A DNA stretch of 64,000 nt from assembly GCA_963664405.1 (NCBI GenBank), contig OY761158.1, positions 1,344,001 through 1,408,000 of the forward strand, written 5' to 3'. The notes under the pieces were generated by a model. It was not told the origin of the DNA. It made no database searches and was given only the letters and a program-made list of their open reading frames with translations. The number at the start of each line of letters is the position of its first letter. Position 1 is the first letter of the stretch. The position numbers were made by a program, and so were the translations under genes. Shown piece after piece: positions 1 to 9,043 of the stretch. This DNA comes from Thermoanaerobaculia bacterium. GTDB taxonomy: Bacteria; Acidobacteriota; Thermoanaerobaculia; Multivoradales; Multivoraceae.

Positions 1-646
1 TCGACGCCGGCTTCCACAACACCGTGTTGCCCATCATCGCGGGGGCGGTCGGCAGATTGCCGGCAATCGAGGTGAAATTGAAAGGAGAGACGGCGAAGAC
101 GAACCCCTCCAGAGGTCGGTAGTCCGAGTAGTTCCAGACCCCTGCGGACGAAGTGGGCTGATCCTCGTAGATGGACTTCATGAAAGAGACGTTCCAGCGC
201 CAGAAGTCGATCAACTCGCAGGCGGAGTCGATCTCGGCTTGGTACACCGTCTTCGACTGGCCGAGCATGGTGGCGGCATTCACGGTGTCCCGCCACGGCC
301 CCGCGAGTAGCTCCGCAGCACGGAGAAACACAGAGGCACGGTCCTGCCACGCCATCGCCGACCACTCTTGCCAGGCGTCTCCGGCAGCAGCGATCGCGGC
401 TTCGACCTCGGCCTCTCCCATGCGGTGGTAGGTGCCCAGGCTGGCGTCGTGTTGGTGGGGACAGGCGAGCTTTCCGAGTCTCCCTGTTCTCACTTCCTTC
501 CCGCCGATCACCGCGGGGACCTCGACTTCCTCGCGGAGCATCTCGTCGAGACGTTGCTTGATGCGCTGTCGCTCCCCGCTGCCGGGAGCATAGTTCTTCA
601 CCGCCTCGTTATGCGGCGAAGGGACCGTGGGAAAGCCATTCAACAT
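1..646 (-). CDS. pruA: L-glutamate gamma-semialdehyde (P5C) dehydrogenase; 3' end runs off the window
   Basis: Manual minus-strand translation MLNGFPTVPSPHNEAVKNYAPGS...AATMLGQSKTVYQAEIDSACELIDFWRWN...PLEGFVFAVSPFNFTSIAGNL, typical of ALDH4-type P5CDH. GGAG RBS upstream. Not in the ORF track. Confidence 0.93.
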   Translation of the reverse strand, partial: MLNGFPTVPSPHNEAVKNYAPGSGERQRIKQRLDEMLREEVEVPAVIGGKEVRTGRLGKLACPHQHDASLGTYHRMGEAEVEAAIAAAGDAWQEWSAMAWQDRASVFLRAAELLAGPWRDTVNAATMLGQSKTVYQAEIDSACELIDFWRWNVSFMKSIYEDQPTSSAGVWNYSDYRPLEGFVFAVSPFNFTSIAGNLPTAPAMMGNTVLWKPAS

Positions 647-789
647 CTGGTATCTCCGTATCGGTTGCGATCGCTGTGGGCGCCGATCCTATCTTGGCTG
701 GACCCAACGATCAGCCCGACGAATTAGGCGTTCCCGAGGCTAGGTGAGCAGTTCTCAGGGAGGAGAGACCACAGAAGGGGCCGAAGGCT

Positions 790-898
790 CATGCGCCGCT
801 TCCCGGAGCGAATAGGAAGCAACGCCCTAGTGCGCCGTCCTCGGCGCCAAGAAAACAACTAGGCGGAGCAAATGATATTTATCATTTGTGTAGCCTAG
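790..898 (+). repeat. REP/BIME-like composite element family A, copy 1
   Basis: GGAGCGAATAGGAAGCAAC..GTGCGCCGTCCTCGGCGCC..GGAGCAAATGATATTTATCATTTG; near-identical inverted copy at 7556-7676. Confidence 0.85.
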
Positions 899-1902
899 CC
901 CGACGAGACCTGCACGATGCGCGTCCCCACATTGCCTCCGGCGAGCAGGTCGACAAAGGCGCGTGGCGCTTCCTCCAGCCCCTGGATCTCGTCTTGGAGG
1001 GCAACCAGTTCCCCGCTGGCGATCCAGGCTCCGATCTGCTCCCGTGCCTCTGCGTAACGCTTGGCGTAATCGAAGATCAGGAACCCTTCCATTCGCAGCC
1101 GCTTATTGATGAGCAGGCCCGGCACCCCGCGCGGCCCAGGGCTGGGGGTCGCGGTGTCGTACTGCGAGACCACGCCGCAGCAGACAATGCGCCCGCCGAT
1201 CTTCATACCGAAGAGCGCGGAGCCCAGGATATCTCCCCCGGTATTGTCGAAGTAGATATCTATTCCGTCTCCGCACGCCGCCTTGAACAGCTTTCGGAAA
1301 TCCGCCTCTTTGTAGTTGACGGCGGCATCGAAGCCGAGCTGGTCGATCAGCAGATCGCACTTGCGCTGCGAGCCTGCCACTCCGACGACTCGGCAACCTT
1401 GGATACGGGCGATCTGACCGACGACATGACCGACTGATCCGGCCGCCGCGGACACCACGACCGTCTCCCCTTCTCTTGGCTCGCCCACATCGAGTAGACC
1501 GAAGTAGGCGGTAAGGCCGTTGGTGCCCAGGGCACCGAGGTAAAGGGCGGGGTCACCGTCGGCAGGAATCCGCTCCAGCTGTCTGGCGGGGTGAGACGAG
1601 TAGTCCTGCCAGCCGGCGCGGCAGATGACAAGATCGCCTTGCGCGAAGGCCGCATCGTTCGACTTCTCCACTCGGGCCACCGCCATCCCGGGCATCACGA
1701 TGCCGGCTGCGGGAGCCCCGGCGTAGCTGGCACTCCCTTGCAGAGCGGCGCGAGTCCCGGCGGCGATGGAAAGAGCCAGAGTACGACACAGCACCTCCCG
1801 GTCGCCCGGCTCCGGCACCGCCTCCGTCTCCAACCGATAGTGACTCTCGGAGAGGGCTCCCTGCGGCAGCTCGGCAATGACGATCTTTCGGTTCTCAGTC
1901 AA
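895..1902 (-). CDS. NADP-dependent oxidoreductase (prostaglandin/alkenal reductase, CurA-like MDR family)
   Basis: GLTAYFGL, VVVSAAAGSVG, DIYFDNTGG, CGVVSQY motifs; TTG start behind AGGAG. Confidence 0.92.
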   Translation of the reverse strand: MTENRKIVIAELPQGALSESHYRLETEAVPEPGDREVLCRTLALSIAAGTRAALQGSASYAGAPAAGIVMPGMAVARVEKSNDAAFAQGDLVICRAGWQDYSSHPARQLERIPADGDPALYLGALGTNGLTAYFGLLDVGEPREGETVVVSAAAGSVGHVVGQIARIQGCRVVGVAGSQRKCDLLIDQLGFDAAVNYKEADFRKLFKAACGDGIDIYFDNTGGDILGSALFGMKIGGRIVCCGVVSQYDTATPSPGPRGVPGLLINKRLRMEGFLIFDYAKRYAEAREQIGAWIASGELVALQDEIQGLEEAPRAFVDLLAGGNVGTRIVQVSSG

Positions 1903-2165
1903 TTGGTGTCTCCTGTCCGTTTCGAGGCGATTCCTCTCCGACCGCTTATGCTACCTGGCCTATCCCGACGATCACGACACGATCGCAGATGCCGCGGGGC
2001 GGGTTGTCGCGAGGGGGGAAGAAAACTTCGGACGACGACTGGAAGCCGATCTGGATCGACGAGCGTGCGGCCCCCGAGAATCGTCGTCCGCCGCGGGCGA
2101 GGAGCAGCTCGAGAGCTGTGCGAAGGCAACAACGACGAGAACGGCGATCGGCGCCGATCTCGCGA

Positions 2166-2807
2166 TCAAGACCCGGATCCGGTGGCGGCCGCCGGCAGGA
2201 ACTGGGTGACCAGATGGCGCCTGCGCTCTTGGAGGGGACGCGTCGATCCCCCCTCGATTTTCATTCGCAGTAGCGCACCCTCCCACACGTCGAGAAGAAA
2301 ATCGGCAAGCTCGGCCGCGGGCAGGTCGCTGCGGATCGAGCCCCCGGTCTGACCGCGCCCGAAGAGCTCGGCAAGTGGCCCTCGCCACGATTCGTAACCG
2401 GCTCGCAGAGCGTCTCGAAGGGGAGGGCTGGTGGTGGCGACTTCTCCGCCGAGGTTGGCGAGAAGACAGCCGCGCCGGGCCGCCAACCCCTCCTGCAGAA
2501 GAATCAGCTCTTCGAGAGCTCCGTCCAGCGCTTCGAGAGCGCTCGCCCCGTCCACTGTGCGGAATCTGTCAGCGAGCTCACCGTGGATCGCCGCCGAATA
2601 GCTCTCGATGCTCTGAATCGCGAGATCTTCCTTGCTCTTGAAGTGGTTATAGAAAGAGCCCTTCGGCATCTCCGCGGCATCAACGATGTGCTGGACGCCG
2701 GAAGCGTGGTAGCCCTTCTCGAAGAACGCCGCCAGGCCCTCGCGCAGGAGCCTCTGACGGGTACTGACGCCGGCCTTTGAGCCCACACTCTCACTCCTCA
2801 CACTCAT
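2166..2807 (-). CDS. TetR/AcrR family regulator (NemR/AcuR-like)
   Basis: HTH GYHASGVQHIVDAAEMPKGSFYNHFKSKE and GCLLANLGGE; ATG at 2807 overlaps the upstream stop (ATGA). Confidence 0.92.
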   Translation of the reverse strand: MSVRSESVGSKAGVSTRQRLLREGLAAFFEKGYHASGVQHIVDAAEMPKGSFYNHFKSKEDLAIQSIESYSAAIHGELADRFRTVDGASALEALDGALEELILLQEGLAARRGCLLANLGGEVATTSPPLRDALRAGYESWRGPLAELFGRGQTGGSIRSDLPAAELADFLLDVWEGALLRMKIEGGSTRPLQERRRHLVTQFLPAAATGSGS

Positions 2808-3907
2808 ACAAGCACCGCTCCCGCCGGGTCGAAGCGTTGGATACCGATGACATCCGCGGTCTCCATCCTCAGCTCGCTGTTGACCGGATCGAGCGGAATA
2901 CCGGTGGCGTCCGCGACCCGCACATTGCACCAGAAGATCGCGACGATGGCGGCGGCATCACCTAAGGCCTCTGGCCCCATCTGACCGGATATCTCGAGCC
3001 GCACCCGGTCGAGATCCTCGACTGAATCGCCCATTGCGGCATCGGCGAGTGCCAGCAGCAAGTCGCCGTGGCGCACTCCTCCTTCGCCTTCGGCTCGACC
3101 CGCCACCTTCTCGAGGTCGACCTCTTCTCCGGCGTCGAGGCTGCTCACCCGGAGCAGCGCACCATGGGCCGTGGTTCAGTAAAAGCAATCGTGGAGATAG
3201 GAGACCCGAGCCGCCAGGAACTCGAGCTGCATGCGATCGAGAGCCCGGCCGGCGTTGTCGCCCGGGCGCCGCATCGCTTCGAGAGGAAGGTAGTGGCTGA
3301 TCTCCATCCGCACCAGGTTTCTCATCTCGTCAGGCACCAAGCTGAGTGCCTGGCGCACGTAAGGAGTGATCGGATTGCCGTCATAAACGGTGTCGAGAGC
3401 GAGCTCCGGAGGAACCAAGGGGACCCAGGCGACGTCCTTGCGAGCCTCTTCGGGGCTGGTGCGCGTAGGCTCCCCTGATTCTGGAGCCGGGAGCTCTGGT
3501 ACAGGCAGGCCGAGAGTGCGATAGAAGACGTCGACACAAAGGCTGGTCACGAGCACTCCGACGAGCTCGATGTAGGGGCCGTCCTCGAGACCTTCGTCGC
3601 GAAGCCCGTCGAGCCATTGCTGAGTGAGTCGCCCAGGGTCGGTGACGATGCGATGAATGGCGTCGACGTAGGGAGCCGGCAACAAGCCCGATTCGAGGTG
3701 ACGGCCCGGGCCTCCGAAAGGAGAGAGAGCCTGCTTGCGCTCCTGGCAGAGCGAGCAGGAGCGGGCCTTTCGCGCCTCGCCCACGATCGCCACCCTGGCC
3801 GCCGCCGACCACCAGCTTCCAGCTCGAGAGAGCCGCTCCCAGGCAATTTCTTGCGTCTCTGTCAACTCCGGGCGGACGGGGACCGGGAGGGAAGAGTTAT
3901 CGAGCAT
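2804..3907 (-). CDS. AhpD/carboxymuconolactone-decarboxylase-like probable selenoprotein (in-frame TGA at 3178-3176, CFYU)
   Basis: ORFs 3176..3973 and 2804..3148 are in the same frame, separated only by TGA: ...LAARVSYLHDCFY*TTAHGALLRVSS.... Hairpin downstream of the TGA; ATG 3907 with GGAAGGA RBS. Confidence 0.8.
3140..3175 (-). promoter_or_regulatory. Putative bacterial SECIS element
   Basis: mRNA after UGA: ACCACGGCCCAUGGUGC-GCUGCUC-CGGGU-GAGCAGC; perfect 7-bp stem with a G-containing loop starting 24 nt after UGA. Confidence 0.65.
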
Positions 3908-3928
3908 AGATCCTTCCAATTCGGCAAT

Positions 3929-3943
3929 ATGACCGGTCGTCTC
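3929..3943. promoter_or_regulatory. Candidate TetR operator
   Basis: Quasi-palindrome ATGACCGGTCGTCTC directly downstream of the -10 box; resembles TAGAC..GTCTA operators of NemR-like TetRs. Confidence 0.55.
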
Positions 3944-3973
3944 ATGGTACGCTCCGAGGCACGCTAGCGTCAA
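3944..3973 (-). promoter_or_regulatory. sigma70-type promoter of the selenoprotein-TetR operon
   Basis: Minus strand TTGACG-N18-TACCAT, 36 nt upstream of ATG 3907. Confidence 0.6.
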
Positions 3974-4022
3974 GCAAGGTGCGGCCAGGCCCGTCCGGTG
4001 AACTGAGACAGAGGGAGTGACA

Positions 4023-4955
4023 GTGACCGACTACCAACACATCCGCTACGAGGTCGCCGGCACGACGGCCCTGCTCGTCCTCATGCTCGTCGCCGGCCCC
4101 GAACCAGCGGGAGCACAGCGAAACTCTGTGGCGTCTCACCTCCTGGTCGCCGCAGACTTGCCGTATGTAGAGGCCGGCGACCCCAAACTGCAGAGTCTCG
4201 ACATCTACGCGCCACCCGACTCCGAGAGCCTGCCGGTCCTCGTCTACGTTCACGGCGGTGCGCTCTACGAGGGAGACAAGACACGGGTCGGCGAGAAGCC
4301 GGCCTTCTTCTGCAACCGTGGCTGGGTGCTCGTTTCCGTCAACTATCGACTCTCCCCCGCCGTGCGCCACCCGGACCACCTCACCGACACTGCCGCCGCA
4401 ATCGCGTGGATAGCGCGAAACATCGCGGCTTACGGCGGCGACCCCGATCGCATCGCTCTCGTCGGCCACTCCGCGGGGGCATTCCTAGGCGCTCTCCTCG
4501 CCGTCGATCATCGACGTCACCAAGCGCATGGGCTCGGTCTCGACACTCTCAAGGCGGTGGTGCTCCTCGACGGCGTCGAGTACTCGCTGGACGAACGCTT
4601 TCGAGAGCTCTCGCCGGGCCTGTCGCCCGAGGTGATCGCCGAGATCTACGGCAAGTTCGGCTCCGAGCCCGAGAGTTGGCGTGACGCGACCGCGATGCGC
4701 CACGTCGCGCCGGACAAGGGCATCCCGCCAATTCTCCTCGTCGCCGCGGGTGTCCAGTTCCAGCACTGGGTACCGGGACGCGAGCCCAAGATCTTCCTTG
4801 CGGCGCTAAAGGAAGCGGGGGTCGAGGCGGATTATTACCTCGCACCCCAGAAGAACCACGGCCAGGTGAACAGCGATCTGACCAGTGGCGACGCCCTGAG
4901 CCAGAGAGTCCTTTCTTTTCTCGAAGCTCATGTCCGGGCTGCGCCCAGTCCTTGA
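4023..4955 (+). CDS. Alpha/beta hydrolase (HSL-like esterase), possibly with chimeric N-terminus
   Basis: LDIYAP, VYVHGGA, SVNYRL, GHSAG nucleophile elbow, C-terminal His (KNHG). Confidence 0.9.
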   Translation: MTDYQHIRYEVAGTTALLVLMLVAGPEPAGAQRNSVASHLLVAADLPYVEAGDPKLQSLDIYAPPDSESLPVLVYVHGGALYEGDKTRVGEKPAFFCNRGWVLVSVNYRLSPAVRHPDHLTDTAAAIAWIARNIAAYGGDPDRIALVGHSAGAFLGALLAVDHRRHQAHGLGLDTLKAVVLLDGVEYSLDERFRELSPGLSPEVIAEIYGKFGSEPESWRDATAMRHVAPDKGIPPILLVAAGVQFQHWVPGREPKIFLAALKEAGVEADYYLAPQKNHGQVNSDLTSGDALSQRVLSFLEAHVRAAPSP

Positions 4956-4991
4956 CTCAGCGGCGAAGAGAGGAGCCTCGAAAACGCGCCC

Positions 4992-5603
4992 TCAAGACGA
5001 TTCTTCGATGCGCCCCAGCGCTGCCGCCACCAGCTCGAGCCGGTCGTTGCCGAAGTACATGTCGTCGCCGATGAACATGGTGGGCGAGCCGAACCCCCCG
5101 CGCGCCATCAACTCCTCGGTATTCGCCCGCAGCCGATCCTTGATGTCCTGGGACCGTCGGCGCTCGGCAAGCCAAAGCGGGTCGAGCCCTACTTCCACTG
5201 CGAGCTCGTCGAGAACACTCGGCTGGGAGATGTCTTGATCCTTGCCCCAGTAGGCGGCGAAGCAGGCGGTCGCGAGCTCGTGCAGCTTACCCCTCTCGTT
5301 CGCCGCGATGATGCCGCGCAAGGCTTCGACGGAGCGCACCGGAAAGACCGTCGGATCGATCATCTCGATCCCCGCCAGGCGCGCCCAGTCCTTCACATCC
5401 TTGTCGTAGTAGCGTTTCTTGATCGGATTAGGATTGGCGCGGGACTCGTACACCTCCTGATTAATGGCATTGAAGACCCCACCGACCAAGATGGGAAAGG
5501 AGACGATCTCGGTGTCGAGCCGGGCCGCCAGGGGATGAAGACGGGTGTAGCAGAGATAGGTCCAGGGACTCGAGACGTCGAAATACAGGTCGATCTTCTT
5601 CAT
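4992..5603 (-). CDS. 2-hydroxychromene-2-carboxylate isomerase / kappa-GST (DsbA-like)
   Basis: YFDVSSPWTYL, GGFGSPT, FGNDRL motifs. Confidence 0.9.
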   Translation of the reverse strand: MKKIDLYFDVSSPWTYLCYTRLHPLAARLDTEIVSFPILVGGVFNAINQEVYESRANPNPIKKRYYDKDVKDWARLAGIEMIDPTVFPVRSVEALRGIIAANERGKLHELATACFAAYWGKDQDISQPSVLDELAVEVGLDPLWLAERRRSQDIKDRLRANTEELMARGGFGSPTMFIGDDMYFGNDRLELVAAALGRIEESS

Positions 5604-5673
5604 CACTGGTCTCCCAACGAAGCTGGTGTCCTGTTTCGCAATACGCTGTCGCTAAGCTAGAGGTCATCCTACG

Positions 5674-7572
5674 ATGCTGTCAAGAATCGTCGCCTCGCCC
5701 GCCTCCGTCGAGCCCGTGCTGATCGTCCTCCTGGCACTGGCCCTGCTCGGGCCGATCTGCGGATGCGCCACTGGGGACTCCGCCGACAACGAGCCGTCGG
5801 CCAAGGTCGACGAGGAGCCTGTCATCGAGCGCGACCCACTGCGTCAAGCCTTCTTCGGCGATCTCCACGTCCACACTGCCCACTCTCTCGACGCCTACAT
5901 CAACGGGGTCAGGCTGGGGCCCCGCGACGCCTATGGGTTCGCTCGAGGTGCGGCGGTGTCTCTGCCAGGGGGCACGGAACAACAGTTGGCGATGCCGCTC
6001 GACTTCGCCGCCGTCACCGATCATGCTGAGTTCTTCGCCGAGGGTGTGCTGTGCACCGATCCGTCGAGCCAAGCCTTCGAGGCCGACTTCTGCGTAGCAC
6101 TACGCGGAGGCGATGGCAGCATCATCCCCTCCGTCTTCGAGCGGATGAGTCGGCAACCGCCCGACCGCGACCAGCAGACCTGCCCGGAAGCAGAGCCCTG
6201 CCGAGAGCTGGCGAAGGGACCTTGGCAGGATATCCAGGCGGCAGCGGACGAGCTCAACGACCCCGGCCGATTCACCACCTTCGTGGCCTACGAGTACTCA
6301 CCGCTGCTGCGCGACTTCGGCACCCTTCACCGCAACATCATCTTCCGCGGAGCGACGGTTCCGGACGAGGCCCTGTCGGCGCTCGATCTGCCGACCCAGG
6401 CGGATCTATGGCGTTGGCTCGAGACCGCGTGCACTGGAGACTGCGAGGTGCAGGCAATACCTCACAACATGAACATGTCCTGGGGGCTGCTGTTCTCGCG
6501 CACCAACGATGACGGCACGCCCTACAGCGCCGAAGACCTCGAGCGCCGGGCGCGCTTCGAGCGGGTTGCGGAGGTGACCCAGCTCAAGGGGTCGTCCGAG
6601 TGCGCGGTCGGATTGGGAACGAACGACGAGGAATGCGCCTTCGAGCAGATGTTCCCGCTCTGCGAAGAGGGGCAGGAGACAAAGTGTGCACAGTCGGGGT
6701 CCTACTTGCGTGACGCCCTCCTCGACGGGCTCGCGCTCGAGGAAGAGGGCGGTACCAACCCCTTCAAGCTCGGCATGATCGGCTCGACCGATGCCCACAA
6801 CGGCACCGCCGGCGCTGTCGAGGAAGACCGCTTCATAGGAGCCGAAATGCCTCCGGCCGAGCTTTTCGCTGCCGCCAGCCCGATCTACGGTTCGCGAACC
6901 AACATCAACCCCGGAGGTCTGGCGGGCGTGTGGGCCGAGTCGAACACTCGCGAGGATCTGTTTGACGCTTTGCGGCGAAGAGAGAGCTTCGCCACCAGCG
7001 GCACTCGCATCCGAGCTCGATTCTTCGCCGGCTGGGACTATCCGAGCGACCTCGACAAACGCAAGAACGCGCTCCGGGTCGCGTACGAGCAAGGCGTACC
7101 GATGGGAGGCGATCTCGGCGCGCCGAACGGCCAGACCTCTCCCCGATTCTGGGTGTGGGCGCTACGCGGCGCTGACGGGGCTCCGCTGGACCGCCTGCAA
7201 GTGGTCAAGGGGTGGACCGCCACAGACGGCTCACCCCATCACCGCGTGTGGGACGTGGCGTGCGCGGGCGGCCGCTTTCCCGATCCCGCTACAGGCCGTT
7301 GCGCCGCTGTAGAGGCGTCGGTCGATCTCGACGACTGTTCCGTGCGCGACGACTCGGGCGCCGGCGAGCTCAGCGTCGTCTTCGCCGACCCCGACTTCGA
7401 CCCCAAAAGACCCGCGTTCTACTACGTGCGGGTGCTCGAAGTCCCCTCTTGCCGCTGGACAACGCATCTGGCCAATCGCGCCGGCCTCGAGCCGCCCTCC
7501 AATCGCCCCACAACGATCCAGGAGCGCGCCTGGTCGTCGCCGATCTGGTACACCCCTAGGCTCCACAAATGA
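5674..7572 (+). CDS. DUF3604 domain protein (PHP-like metallohydrolase, probable lipoprotein)
   Basis: FFGDLHVHT, LDFAAVTDHAE, LHRNIIF, IPHN, GSTDAH, IQERAWSSPIWY; hydrophobic N-terminus followed by Cys. Confidence 0.9.
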   Translation: MLSRIVASPASVEPVLIVLLALALLGPICGCATGDSADNEPSAKVDEEPVIERDPLRQAFFGDLHVHTAHSLDAYINGVRLGPRDAYGFARGAAVSLPGGTEQQLAMPLDFAAVTDHAEFFAEGVLCTDPSSQAFEADFCVALRGGDGSIIPSVFERMSRQPPDRDQQTCPEAEPCRELAKGPWQDIQAAADELNDPGRFTTFVAYEYSPLLRDFGTLHRNIIFRGATVPDEALSALDLPTQADLWRWLETACTGDCEVQAIPHNMNMSWGLLFSRTNDDGTPYSAEDLERRARFERVAEVTQLKGSSECAVGLGTNDEECAFEQMFPLCEEGQETKCAQSGSYLRDALLDGLALEEEGGTNPFKLGMIGSTDAHNGTAGAVEEDRFIGAEMPPAELFAAASPIYGSRTNINPGGLAGVWAESNTREDLFDALRRRESFATSGTRIRARFFAGWDYPSDLDKRKNALRVAYEQGVPMGGDLGAPNGQTSPRFWVWALRGADGAPLDRLQVVKGWTATDGSPHHRVWDVACAGGRFPDPATGRCAAVEASVDLDDCSVRDDSGAGELSVVFADPDFDPKRPAFYYVRVLEVPSCRWTTHLANRAGLEPPSNRPTTIQERAWSSPIWYTPRLHK

Positions 7573-7676
7573 TGAATATCATTTGCTCCGCTAGGCGCGC
7601 CCCACCTAGTTGTCTTTTGGCGCCGAGGACGGCGCACTTGGACGTTGCTTCCTATTCGCTCCCGGAAGGGCGCATG
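7556..7676 (-). repeat. Family A element, copy 2 (overlaps DUF3604 3' end)
   Basis: Reverse complement aligns to 790-898 with an extra small insert (TGGGGCGCGCCTA). Confidence 0.85.
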
Positions 7677-7888
7677 CCAATTTCGCAAGTCTCGGTGGAG
7701 ACCAAGCTCGAATGGCGAACCGGGCTGGCCGGGTCGGAGACGCCCACGATGCCCTCGTGGGCCACGGAGGGCTCAGCATTGCCGGCCCCGCCGCGTTTCT
7801 GTCGATCTGACGGACCGGCCGGACGACGAAGGGAATGGGTATGATGCAAGATCTAGAAGGAAAACAGTGAGCACAGGAGAACAGCGAG

Positions 7889-8314
7889 ATGGATAGGGAA
7901 GCTCTGATCGAACATCTGAATCAGGATCTGGCGGCCGAGCTCAGTGCGATCATTCAGTATTTGACCTACGCCGCGAAGACGACGGGTCCCTACCGTCCTC
8001 AGCTAGCGCAGTTCTTCCTGACCGAAGTGGCGGATGAGCAGCTTCACGCGCAGTTTCTCGCCAACAAGATCGTGTCGCTTGGAGGTGAGCCGACGACCGT
8101 GCCCCGCCCGGTGCCGGCTGCGGGCACGAATCAGGAGATGCTGGAGGCGGTCCTCGCCGCCGAGAGACAGGCTACCAAGGACTACACCGAGCGCGCCAAG
8201 GAGGCCGAGGCCGCCGGCGAGAAGGGCCTCGCGGTGCAGCTCGAAGACATGGTCCGGGACGAGAGCGGGCACTCTGAGGAAACGGAGAGAATCCTGCGAG
8301 ATTGGCCGATGTGA
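7889..8314 (+). CDS. Ferritin-like (bacterioferritin/Dps-like) protein
   Basis: LNQDLAAELSAIIQY, DEQLHA, LGGEP, DESGH diiron-type motifs. Confidence 0.88.
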   Translation: MDREALIEHLNQDLAAELSAIIQYLTYAAKTTGPYRPQLAQFFLTEVADEQLHAQFLANKIVSLGGEPTTVPRPVPAAGTNQEMLEAVLAAERQATKDYTERAKEAEAAGEKGLAVQLEDMVRDESGHSEETERILRDWPM

Positions 8315-8345
8315 GGAGCGCTCTTCGTTCGGCGAGAGCCGCGGA

Positions 8346-9005
8346 TCAACTACCCAAGACGGCGGAGACGCCCCAGGAGAGCTCCGATATGCGCTCGGTC
8401 TCGACCTCGAAGCCCAATCTGATGAGCTCCGCCACCGACCGCTCCAGGTCCCAGAAAAACTCGTCTTCGATCTCGTCGGCGAGCTCTTTCGCCTGCGAGC
8501 GACGTAACCCAGCGAGGTACTCCCGCCGATGCTCCGAGTCGGCGAACATCAGGTCGCCGAATACGGCGCGGCCGCCCGGTGCGAGCCCTTCCGCGATGCG
8601 GCGGAAGAGGAGCGACTTCTCCTCGGCGGTCAGATGGTGGATCGTATAGGTGCTCACCAGAAGATCGAATGGATCTCTCGGGGTGTCGAAGCTCTCGAGG
8701 ATGTCGGACGCGACGTACTCGACGCCGTCGAGAGCAGCCAGCTTTGACCGGGCCATCCGCAGCATCTCTTCGGAGACATCCACACACACCAGGCGACCGG
8801 GTCGACCGAGCAGCACGGTCAGGTTGCCCGTACCGGTACCCAACTCCAAGACCGACGACCCCTCGCCGGGCGATGCTTCCTTCGCGACCCAGTCGAGGAG
8901 AGCCGAGTACCCTTCGCGAATCGGGTTGCCCTCGTCGGCTACATCGAGGTCGTAGCCCTGGGCTTCGTCATCGTGGTTGAACTTGTCGGCAAATCGGCTG
9001 CGCAT
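8346..9005 (-). CDS. Class I SAM-dependent methyltransferase
   Basis: VLELGTGTG, VDVSEEML, STYTIHHL, LAPGG. Confidence 0.9.
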   Translation of the reverse strand: MRSRFADKFNHDDEAQGYDLDVADEGNPIREGYSALLDWVAKEASPGEGSSVLELGTGTGNLTVLLGRPGRLVCVDVSEEMLRMARSKLAALDGVEYVASDILESFDTPRDPFDLLVSTYTIHHLTAEEKSLLFRRIAEGLAPGGRAVFGDLMFADSEHRREYLAGLRRSQAKELADEIEDEFFWDLERSVAELIRLGFEVETERISELSWGVSAVLGS

Positions 9006-9043
9006 GGCTACGTGCGACCCCGGAGACGAGTCGAAGCTCGCGA

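Noticed and set aside
3908-3973. ORF-track TTG start at 3973
   Set aside because: It coincides with the -35 box; ATG 3907 has a good RBS.
7566-7585. AAATGAT-N4-ATCATTT as a Fur-like iron box for the downstream ferritin-like gene
   Set aside because: The same palindrome occurs between convergent stops (15090, 51330) and as part of a larger repeat, so a repeat unit is the simpler explanation.
7677-7860. Possible small RNA or gene upstream of the ferritin-like gene
   Set aside because: Only weak GC hairpins and no recognisable motif or convincing ORF.
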